From a virus (taxonomy: Duplodnaviria > Caudoviricetes), in IMG/VR virus record IMGVR_UViG_3300026549_000030, positions 128,001 to 192,000 of that record: a stretch of DNA of 64,000 nucleotides; one strand, given 5' to 3'. The position numbers and the translations under genes were made by a program. The notes beneath the pieces were generated by a model that saw only the letters and a program-made list of their open reading frames with translations, did not search any database and was not told where the DNA came from. This document shows positions 49,256 through 57,636 of the stretch, one piece after another (position 1 is the stretch's first letter; each line of letters starts with the position of its first letter).

Positions 49256-51610
49256 TTATTTTTTGTTAGCAATTTCTCGAAGAATATCCTTTGCGTAATC
49301 CTCGTTACGTTTTTCTCGTAAAAATTGTCGGCACAAAGCCTTAAACTGTGCTTCGCTAAGATAAATTTTCCTTCCCGTATTTTTAGCAACCAAGTCCCTT
49401 GCCTTAGCTTTAATCTTATCAACAGTTTTGTTATCGCCCATTTCCTTATTAACTTTATATTTGTTTCTTAATGATTGTGAATATCCTGCTCTTTCAGAGG
49501 ATTGCCATCCGTTATACGGTGCACTTACAGCCTTTTTTTCGTTGCCGTTAAATGCGTCGGGCGTTTTGTTGTGGTCTCCCGTATCTCCTATTCCACTCAA
49601 ATATCTGGCAATCTTTCTATCGCCAGAATGGCGGTTAAGATTGGAATCCTTGCGAAGCGCAATAGCCATTCCATCATTGAATAGAATAGCATTGTCCGAG
49701 TCATTACTGTAAGGAGTGTCCTCAAATGGCTCACCGACAATCATATCGTCCGTAATTTCAGACGGATTTACGCTGTGTCCATATATGAATGCGCAAGGAA
49801 ACGTCCTAACACCGCCATTGTTTGAAATCTTTATTCCACCGTGTTCTTTCGCTAATTTAGCAAGTATGTTAGATGAAAAATCTTCGTTAATCATATCTTT
49901 ATTCCAGTTTTCAATATTTGATGGATCCCTTCTTTTCTTCAAATTTTTCAATGCTTTCCCAACATTAAAGCTTTCCCTTACAAACGGTACCGTCCCGTAA
50001 TATTTTCCGCATTTATCACAGATAAATACAGGTTCTCCATGTATTTGTACGCAAACATTTCCGCCGCATTCGCACTTCTCGGGAATTTCATTTCCCTCAT
50101 CGTTTTTTCTCCTTTTTGATTCCTGTAATGAGCCACCACCAGTAACTGTGCTGCAACTTTTCGAGCCGCCTTCTATGAAAGCAGAGGCAAGATTACCTCG
50201 GCAGTGCCCAACGTCCAACGCCCTGTCTATAAGCATAAGAATATCACCGGGCGACATATTTTCAGAAAACTCCTTTATAATGCTGTAAAGCGGAGTAAGC
50301 CCATAGTCACTCCAACCGTCACTTCCGTCAGGAAGCTTAGACCAATCATAAAAGCCCATGCTATCAAGCAGCTTCCATCCGTCCGAGTATCCCTCAACCT
50401 CCTTTCCGAGGACATACTCAACGTCTTCAGAAGGAAAATATGAACTGTGCCCCGCAAATTCGGTTATATATGAAATTGAAAGTGTGTTGTGGATTACAAT
50501 GTCAAACCATGACAAGACGGTATTCAACGGAATTCTTGCCATAGCAGGCTCTTGAAGAAATCTTTCACGGATATTCCTGTACTGCTCGAATGGAATAAGA
50601 TTCCACCTCTTCTGTGTAATCCCGTTTTCTTTGTCCCTGACAAATTCGCTAAGCAAATCGGCAGGCGAATAATCTTCCATCGCGCTATATAGACGGTCAG
50701 AAACCCCCTCATTAAGTCTATGTATTCTTGCAACCTGCCCCTCTTCAACATTTATCCACGCAATATCAGATGTTGGAAGCGTCTCTGAGAAAATTTTCCC
50801 TCCGCCTGCGTAATCCTTCGCGCACATTTTTGACGTTGTTATGAAATTTCCGTCAGTAATCGGCTTAGAACTGTAAACGGTTATCCTTCCAGTCTTTAAC
50901 GCGTCTTCGAGAACGGAGTTGGGAGTATCAGGGTAAGAGGAATATGTTCCGTATTCGTCAAAATCAGCTTTAGCCTCAGCCATTGCTTCCTCAAATGTCT
51001 TTATATCGTCAACCTTTCGTATCCCCGTATGATAATCGTCAAGCATTGGATTGGTATCATTAATGATACTAAGCTGCGTTTCCTTGTTCTCCGTGAGGCG
51101 GACGTACTTGGCAAATGGTTTTCTTTGGCGATACCCGTCATACAGCCATTTTTTGAATTTATCCAAATTAACTTCCGTTATGTATTTGAATCCTTTCCAA
51201 TCTTTTTCGTAATTAGAAAGATACGCTGCTTTTGCCTCTTCTGCCGTATTGAATCCGAGCATAACCTTCGTCTCGTCAAATTCATTTCCGTTGAACTGAT
51301 CAATAGGAAATACCTTTTCAGAGTTAAGGTTCGGTCCAAGGAAAACATCTATCGCGTCGCCATCCTTTCCAACCGTCTTGGTGAAATACCCATAATCGTT
51401 GTGCATAAGTGTTTTCCACTCGTGCCCGTTCTTATCTTTTCCGCGACGATAGCTCCCCTTCGGATTCTCAATTGTAATCTCAAATCCGAGAACACGGAAG
51501 TGCCCCTTCTTATAATTTCCAGCACGAATTTGTCCGAGTGTTGGATTTGTATCAACACTTCCGCGTGCAAGCTTTATATCATCTGTTATTGTTTCGTTTA
51601 TTTTTTGCAT
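49256..51610 (-). CDS. Multidomain polyvalent-type protein (InPase-like, ART-like, zinc ribbon, unknown domains) with C-terminal targeting tag
   Basis: GNYKKGH...ITIENPKGS.RRG...YGY..GKDGDAIDVFLG...FDETKVMLGF matches the polyvalent-protein inorganic-pyrophosphatase domain; CECGG...CDKCG; start ATG 51610. Confidence 0.7.
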   Translation of the reverse strand: MQKINETITDDIKLARGSVDTNPTLGQIRAGNYKKGHFRVLGFEITIENPKGSYRRGKDKNGHEWKTLMHNDYGYFTKTVGKDGDAIDVFLGPNLNSEKVFPIDQFNGNEFDETKVMLGFNTAEEAKAAYLSNYEKDWKGFKYITEVNLDKFKKWLYDGYRQRKPFAKYVRLTENKETQLSIINDTNPMLDDYHTGIRKVDDIKTFEEAMAEAKADFDEYGTYSSYPDTPNSVLEDALKTGRITVYSSKPITDGNFITTSKMCAKDYAGGGKIFSETLPTSDIAWINVEEGQVARIHRLNEGVSDRLYSAMEDYSPADLLSEFVRDKENGITQKRWNLIPFEQYRNIRERFLQEPAMARIPLNTVLSWFDIVIHNTLSISYITEFAGHSSYFPSEDVEYVLGKEVEGYSDGWKLLDSMGFYDWSKLPDGSDGWSDYGLTPLYSIIKEFSENMSPGDILMLIDRALDVGHCRGNLASAFIEGGSKSCSTVTGGGSLQESKRRKNDEGNEIPEKCECGGNVCVQIHGEPVFICDKCGKYYGTVPFVRESFNVGKALKNLKKRRDPSNIENWNKDMINEDFSSNILAKLAKEHGGIKISNNGGVRTFPCAFIYGHSVNPSEITDDMIVGEPFEDTPYSNDSDNAILFNDGMAIALRKDSNLNRHSGDRKIARYLSGIGDTGDHNKTPDAFNGNEKKAVSAPYNGWQSSERAGYSQSLRNKYKVNKEMGDNKTVDKIKAKARDLVAKNTGRKIYLSEAQFKALCRQFLREKRNEDYAKDILREIANKK

Positions 51611-51627
51611 TTTTATGCCGTCAAATA

Positions 51628-51639
51628 TATTTATAAATA
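51628..51639. promoter_or_regulatory. Palindromic pair of overlapping divergent late promoters
   Basis: TATTTATAAATA gives TATTTATA on both strands, between divergent genes starting at 51610 and 51671. Confidence 0.65.
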
Positions 51640-51670
51640 GTGTTTTATACATTAAAAATAGGCTTTTATA

Positions 51671-52477
51671 ATGAAAAAGACAATAACGGAAAGACAGATA
51701 AAGGGCGCAATAGAAAATGTAATTCTTGAATATTTTAAGTCACCCCGAAACGCAAAGGCTCCTCAACAGCCGACGGCTCAACAAGCTAATGCGGAAGATG
51801 ATGACGAAAAATATAATCAAGTCCCAAAGGTTAGAAGTGGAAAGGAATGGCACGAAAAGGGAGGAAATTTCCCAATTGTTAGGGACGGAAAGACCTTTTA
51901 TGTGTCACGTTCAGTCGCCGTATCATTCTATGCCTTCTGCCAAGACAGGAATGGGGAATGGTGTGTTCTCGCAAATAAGAGAGGACCAGGTGCCCCGAAT
52001 AACAGGGGCAGGTGGAATGTTATCTGCGGATACCTCGATTATGGCGAGACTGCGGAAGAGGCGGCATTAAGGGAGTGTTGGGAAGAATGCGGACTCAGAT
52101 TGGACCCATCAGTTGTAAAACAACAGGGTGTCAACTCAAAATCAGAGAACGTAACAATAAGGTTCGCAGCCGTTCTTTCAGGAACAACAGACAACTATCC
52201 GCTTTCTATGGATAATTGCGAGCCGGGAGAAGTGACTTCCGTTGCTTGGGTTCCGCTATCAAAAGTGCCAATGCTCGAATGGGCGTTTGGACAGGGACAC
52301 AAGATTCTTCCTCAGGCTAAGACTTCTATCGGCTATGATGAAAAAACAATGAAATGCAATACCGACTTAACGTATAAGATTAATGCGCTCAAAAGCGAAC
52401 TGAGGGGAAACAACCCATATGCATTCCAATTGTTCTCGCAAATATTACAGGAGCTTAAAGAATACAGAATGTTATGA
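51671..52477 (+). CDS. Nudix hydrolase with N-terminal targeting tag
   Basis: Nudix box GYLDYGETAEEAALRECWEECGL; N-terminus MKKTITERQIKGAIENVILE. Confidence 0.88.
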   Translation: MKKTITERQIKGAIENVILEYFKSPRNAKAPQQPTAQQANAEDDDEKYNQVPKVRSGKEWHEKGGNFPIVRDGKTFYVSRSVAVSFYAFCQDRNGEWCVLANKRGPGAPNNRGRWNVICGYLDYGETAEEAALRECWEECGLRLDPSVVKQQGVNSKSENVTIRFAAVLSGTTDNYPLSMDNCEPGEVTSVAWVPLSKVPMLEWAFGQGHKILPQAKTSIGYDEKTMKCNTDLTYKINALKSELRGNNPYAFQLFSQILQELKEYRML

Positions 52478-52764
52478 TAAAAATTTATTTGACAGAAGCT
52501 CAGTTAAACAACTATCTTAGAACGCTTTGCGAGGAAGAATATAATATCAAAAAGAAAATCGGCCCATTCGCAACACAAGAAGAAGCAGCCGCAGAACTTC
52601 ACAGGCTTAGGAAAGAAAACGGATTCTCTGACAATGACAGCTTCATTGAAGGAAATTATATTGTCCTATACATCGAAATGGACAGATTTGACGACGATTA
52701 CGTTGGAAACCTTTTAACTAATATAGATAAAAAATACGGAAAAGTTGCTGAAAGCCGCGATTAA
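52474..52764 (+). CDS. Tagged small putative internal head protein
   Basis: MIKIYLTEAQLNNYLRTLCEE. Confidence 0.65.
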   Translation: MIKIYLTEAQLNNYLRTLCEEEYNIKKKIGPFATQEEAAAELHRLRKENGFSDNDSFIEGNYIVLYIEMDRFDDDYVGNLLTNIDKKYGKVAESRD

Positions 52765-52778
52765 TTCGCGGTTTTTTT
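52751..52778 (+). terminator. Intrinsic terminator
   Basis: GCCGCGA-TTAAT-TCGCGGT followed by a T tract. Confidence 0.75.
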
Positions 52779-52805
52779 GTATGTTTGGTGAAAACATATT
52801 GAAGA

Positions 52806-54269
52806 ATGTTAGAACTAAACAGAATTTACAATTGCGATTGCCTTGATGGACTGAAACGGTTAGACGACAATTCAATTGATATGACAGTAACGTCGCCGCC
52901 GTATGACAATCTTCGTACCTACAGTGATAAGAATACGGGAGACGAGTGTATTTGGAACTTCGAAGTGTTCAAGCCAATTGCACAGGAATTATACCGCGTA
53001 ACTCGAAAGGGCGGCGTAGTAGTGTGGGTTGTTGGAGACGCGTGCCTTGATAATGGCGAAACAGGAAGTTCTTTCCGTCAGGCGCTCTATTTCCAAGAGC
53101 TTGGATTCAAGATTCACGATACAATGATTTACGAGAAGAACTCGTCGAGTTTTCCCGCAAAACTTACGTCGAAGCGCTATTCCCAAATTTTCGAATATAT
53201 GTTCGTGTTTTCAAAGGGTAAGATTCGCGGTGACTTGAAACTTATTGCCGACAAACGAAATAAGTGGGCAGGTTGGACAAACTGGGGCGAACATTCTCAG
53301 TACGACGCAGACGGCAACCTCATAAAGACACAGAACATTAAACCAATTGCTGAATTCAGCCTCAGGACAAACATTTGGAGATATCCCGTTTCTTTCAACG
53401 ACAAGACAGGACACCCCGCGGTGTTCCCAGAGAAACTTGCAGAAGATCATATCCTCAGTTGGTCAAATGAGGGTGAAACAGTTCTTGATCCATTTATGGG
53501 AAGCGGTACAACTGCTAAAATGGCAATGATGAACCACAGAAACTACATTGGTTTTGAGGTTAATACCGAATATTTCAAGAACTCTCTTCTTCGTGTAGAA
53601 AAATATGAAGGAAAATTCAACGATAAAGTGCAATCTGTCGATGTTCAGGAGCTGCAGGATATTGATGAGAAGGAAATTGACACGGATTCGTTACAGCTAA
53701 ATCCTGTTGACGATAAGGATTTGGAGAAAAAGGCTGAATTATGGAAGGAGCTTACCGCTGAACTAAGCGACTACTTCAACACACAGTCCCTCGGTATTCT
53801 TAAAAACCTTAAGGTAAGCCTCACATTCGCTTCCAAGGCGAATGACAAGAGAGTGGAGAAGGTACTTCAGGAACGTGGTGAACAACCCGTTCAACAACAG
53901 AAGGAAACATACGTTCCACCAACCGTTACAGTAGCACCAATAGAGACAGAGCCGCCGATTAAAATTCCAGAGTCAGAGGCTGAGGTTATCTTGCCCGAGA
54001 AGGTGGTTACAAAATTCCGATTAATCGTTAACGAGGAATTGGATAAAAGGATTAGCGAACTCAGAAAGGAACTTCACAAATCCGAGCCAGTGCAGCTTGA
54101 ACTGTTTCCGGATTATAAACCCATTACCATAACAGAACAGGATAAGGAAATGCTCCTTTCCGTACCGTCACCAACTCCGCAAAAGAAACGCGGGCGCCCG
54201 AAGGGTTCAAAAAATAAGACTAAGACGGTTATCCCGGAGGATAACGTTCCAATCAATCCAGAAGATTAA
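52806..54269 (+). CDS. Beta-class N4-C/N6-A DNA methyltransferase with long C-terminal tail ending in an AT-hook-like motif
   Basis: VTSPPY, HPAVFP, VLDPFMGSGTT; tail KKRGRPKGSKNK. Confidence 0.9.
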   Translation: MLELNRIYNCDCLDGLKRLDDNSIDMTVTSPPYDNLRTYSDKNTGDECIWNFEVFKPIAQELYRVTRKGGVVVWVVGDACLDNGETGSSFRQALYFQELGFKIHDTMIYEKNSSSFPAKLTSKRYSQIFEYMFVFSKGKIRGDLKLIADKRNKWAGWTNWGEHSQYDADGNLIKTQNIKPIAEFSLRTNIWRYPVSFNDKTGHPAVFPEKLAEDHILSWSNEGETVLDPFMGSGTTAKMAMMNHRNYIGFEVNTEYFKNSLLRVEKYEGKFNDKVQSVDVQELQDIDEKEIDTDSLQLNPVDDKDLEKKAELWKELTAELSDYFNTQSLGILKNLKVSLTFASKANDKRVEKVLQERGEQPVQQQKETYVPPTVTVAPIETEPPIKIPESEAEVILPEKVVTKFRLIVNEELDKRISELRKELHKSEPVQLELFPDYKPITITEQDKEMLLSVPSPTPQKKRGRPKGSKNKTKTVIPEDNVPINPED

Positions 54270-54862
54270 TGAGAAGAGAATCAAATTTTAAGAATGATAT
54301 TAACATTGGGAAAATAGGAGAACAGGATTTTGAGAAATTCCTTTCATCTTCTTCTAAGTGCGAACATTTTGAGAACGTAACAGAAGACGCTTTCTTTCAA
54401 TTATTAGATATCGACTACATTCAATTCACAAAACTGAAGGAGGACGGAACTCAGTACACATCTGAGGACGTGAAAGACGCCCTTCTTGGGCACAAGAAAA
54501 CGACAGAAAGGGACTTCTGCAACCTTTACGAAGTCAAGACGGATACTCGTTCGGAAAAGACGAGAAATGTCGTCTACGAGCTTATTTCGCACGATAAAAC
54601 GGGGTGCGCAGCAGCAACGAGAGCCGACTATTTCTACTATGTATTCACAGACGAGTACAATTTCGGAGAAATTAAAGAAAGGTGGCTGATTGATATAAAG
54701 AAATGGCGCCGCCTTATAAGAGAAAACGCAGAGAAGGGACAGGACGTGCGCTTGCACAATTTCGACAGAACCAAAGACCACGTTCTCAATTTCCTCATCA
54801 ATATCGAATATATGAAAGAAAACGGCGTAGCAATTAAAATTCAGCCAAGAAGCAATGGGTAA
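54269..54862 (+). CDS. PD-(D/E)xK nuclease-like protein
   Basis: GKIGE...DIDY...YEVKTD...ADYFYY; coupled to the MTase (TAATG). Confidence 0.6.
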   Translation: MRRESNFKNDINIGKIGEQDFEKFLSSSSKCEHFENVTEDAFFQLLDIDYIQFTKLKEDGTQYTSEDVKDALLGHKKTTERDFCNLYEVKTDTRSEKTRNVVYELISHDKTGCAAATRADYFYYVFTDEYNFGEIKERWLIDIKKWRRLIRENAEKGQDVRLHNFDRTKDHVLNFLINIEYMKENGVAIKIQPRSNG

Positions 54863-55109
54863 CGAGAATTACAGTACGGTAAAACTATTCATACTCAGAA
54901 CATTCCTATCAATCGTAGGAATGTTTCGTTGTATTAGGTATAAGAAAGGAAAAACCTATTACGGAGGAAGAAACAAGCGCTACGGAGTCTACATGGGAAA
55001 GAAAACGTTCTATGAACAGTTCACAGTTGAAGGGCTCGGTTACTGTTACTATGATAATAAACCAATCAAATACAAGAATTGGGAACTTGGAATGTGGAAA
55101 TGGCTGTAA
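54855..55109 (+). CDS. Hypothetical protein
   Basis: 84-aa ORF overlapping the previous stop. Confidence 0.55.
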   Translation: MGNENYSTVKLFILRTFLSIVGMFRCIRYKKGKTYYGGRNKRYGVYMGKKTFYEQFTVEGLGYCYYDNKPIKYKNWELGMWKWL

Positions 55110-55111
55110 AA

Positions 55112-55143
55112 TTTGCTTTTCACATTTAAATTTCATATATTTG
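55112..55143 (+). promoter_or_regulatory. Bacteroidota-type promoter for the CCA-adding enzyme
   Basis: TTTG at 55112, 20-nt spacer, TATATTTG at 55136. Confidence 0.8.
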
Positions 55144-55160
55144 CCAAAAATTAGCTGAAT

Positions 55161-56450
55161 ATGACAATTAACGTTTATGACATTGTTAAGACATTGCTGA
55201 AATATGCAATTGCCGGCACTGAGTGGGAAGGACACGTCTACACCGTTGGCGGGTGCGAGCGCGACAGGCTTATGGGTAACGAAATCAAGGATATTGATAT
55301 CGTTGTCGATTTGCCCAACGGCGGTATCATGTTCGCGAAGTGGCTTGAAGAGAAGAAACTCACGAAGGGTTCCGTCGTGGTTTATGAGAACTATGGTACG
55401 GCAATGTTTAAGCTCAACGCAATGCCCGATATCGAAATCGAGGCGGTTCAGACGAGAAAAGAGTGCTATCGTGACATTTCCACGAGAAACCCAGAGACGG
55501 CGTTCGGAACAATTAAAGACGACTGCACGCGCCGCGATTTCACATACAACGCGATTTATTTCGACATTACAAATGGTGTAACGAGAGACTTTTCAGGTAA
55601 CGGAATCAAGGATTTGGAAAATAACATTCTTAGAACTTGCGGAGAACCTGAGATTATCTTTAACGAGGATCCTTTGAGAATCCTTCGTGCCGTAAGATTC
55701 GCAACGAGATTTGGCTCAGAAATTGACAACAGCGTAATAGATGGGATGAAAAAATTCTCCAATAGGCTCGAAATTATTAGCTTAGAGCGCATTCAGGACG
55801 AATTTTTCAAGATTCTAAGGTCAAAAGGCGCCAAGGAAGGACTTGAGTTAATCAACAGCATTGGGGCGAGAAAATACGTCTTGCCATTTGTTGACGACGC
55901 CAAAATGGAGAATATTATTTCCGTTGCAGACAGATTCGACAAATATGCATTATTGGAAATGCGCCTTGCAGCTATCCTATGGGATGAAGAACTTGCGAAG
56001 AAATCGCTTCTTTACTTGAAATGTTCTAATGAGCTTATCAAGAAAGTTTGCAATATTATTTACATTTCGAAGAAGATAGCCGAACTTAAGGATATGAATA
56101 TCTACTCAACGGGTGAGGCTTACGACTACAGGAAGATTCAATGCAAACATGACGAGATTACTGTTTGCCAGAGTGCTACTATACTAACATACGTCAAGGG
56201 AACTCATGAATACTGTTCTCACTTTTACAACATTGCATGTGAAATGAAGAGGAACGGTACCGAAACATACGGATACAAACTTCCTATTGACGGAGAGGAC
56301 GTAATGAGGGAAAGGAATATTCCCGCAGGTCCGGATGTTAAGTATTGGCTTGGAGAAGCAATGAAATATGCTTATATGAATCCTAAGATTACAAGGGACG
56401 AACTTCTTAGGATCGTTAGGGAAGGTTTAGTGTCTAGCATTAAAGGATAA
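55161..56450 (+). CDS. cca: Class II tRNA nucleotidyltransferase (CCA-adding enzyme)
   Basis: VGGCERD...DIDI, RRDFTYNA, EDPLRILRAVRF. Confidence 0.85.
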   Translation: MTINVYDIVKTLLKYAIAGTEWEGHVYTVGGCERDRLMGNEIKDIDIVVDLPNGGIMFAKWLEEKKLTKGSVVVYENYGTAMFKLNAMPDIEIEAVQTRKECYRDISTRNPETAFGTIKDDCTRRDFTYNAIYFDITNGVTRDFSGNGIKDLENNILRTCGEPEIIFNEDPLRILRAVRFATRFGSEIDNSVIDGMKKFSNRLEIISLERIQDEFFKILRSKGAKEGLELINSIGARKYVLPFVDDAKMENIISVADRFDKYALLEMRLAAILWDEELAKKSLLYLKCSNELIKKVCNIIYISKKIAELKDMNIYSTGEAYDYRKIQCKHDEITVCQSATILTYVKGTHEYCSHFYNIACEMKRNGTETYGYKLPIDGEDVMRERNIPAGPDVKYWLGEAMKYAYMNPKITRDELLRIVREGLVSSIKG

Positions 56451-56526
56451 ACGAGGTACATATTTTTATGGATTTAATGGAGTTTTTGCTATCATAAAAG
56501 TATTTATGAATAAAAAAAATGCAAAC

Positions 56527-57636
56527 ATGGAAAGCAAAAGACGTTATAGAAAATGGACAAAAGAACTAATAATAGAAGAGGCGAAGAAATACGAGTATAG
56601 AAGCGACTTTAAAAAGTCAGAGCCTAATCTTTACAAGAAAATAATAAAAGAGGGGTGGACGAGCGATGCCTTCTCGCATATGGTTCACAAGCCAAGTATG
56701 TGGACAAGAGAAGCCTGTTATAACTCAGCCTCAAAATGTAAAACAAAAAGCGAATTTGCCAAAAAGTTTAACGGCGCGTATTCTTCCGCAAAAAAGCGCG
56801 GATGGCTTAACGATATTTCAAAAAAATATTTTACAAAAGTAGGGAGTAGAGGATTTAGGTGTATATACGCATATGAATTTCCTGATAATTGCGTGTATGT
56901 TGGTTTAACTTTTGACATACAAAAAAGGAATCAATCACACATGCATTCAGACACGAGCGCTGTTTTTAAACATATGAAAAAAACCGGGTTAACGCCAAAA
57001 CTTATAATTCTAACAGACTATGTTGATATAAATGAAGCATCAGAATTGGAAGGGGAAAAACTAGAAGAATACGTAAAAAATAATTGGATTCCGCTTAATC
57101 GTGCAAAAACAGGAGGAACTGGCAGTGTAATAACACCAAAGAAAAAACACGAAAAAGCAAAGAAATTCATATGGACAAACGAACTAATTGCTGAAGAAGC
57201 TAAAAAATATAATACGCGTAAAGAATTTTCGAAAAACTCCCCATCGGCATATTCGTGCGCAAGCAAAAAACGAATTCTAGATACCGTGTGCTCCCACATG
57301 TTGTTACTACAAAGAAGAAAATGGACTAAAAGTGAAGCACAAAAAGAAGCATTAAGATACGAGACAAGGGGAGATTTTGGTAAATATTCAAATGCTTGTT
57401 ATATTGTTTCTGCAAGGAATGGATGGCTTGATGATATTTGTAACCACATGAAAGATGGGCATCACATAATATACACCACAGAAATTGTAAAAGATACGGT
57501 ATCAAAGTACGAAAAAATGCAGCATTTAAGAGATTCAGACGACAAATTTGTAAGGGGCTGTTATTGGTGGCTGAAAAAGAAGAAATTAATATATGAATAT
57601 AAAAAATTTTTAAGAAATGGAAAAGTGGACAATTGA
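56527..57636 (+). mobile_element. Free-standing GIY-YIG homing endonuclease with flanking helical repeats
   Basis: CIYAYEF...VYVGLT...KR..SH; repeated WT.E...EA.KY..R..F...GWL..I..HM units; AT-rich; TATTTATG at 56501. Confidence 0.75.

Noticed and set aside
51628-51639. Reading the late motif as canonical T4 TATAAATA
   Set aside because: Only palindromic or divergent sites are ambiguous; nine sites between co-directional genes show TATTTAT on the sense strand.
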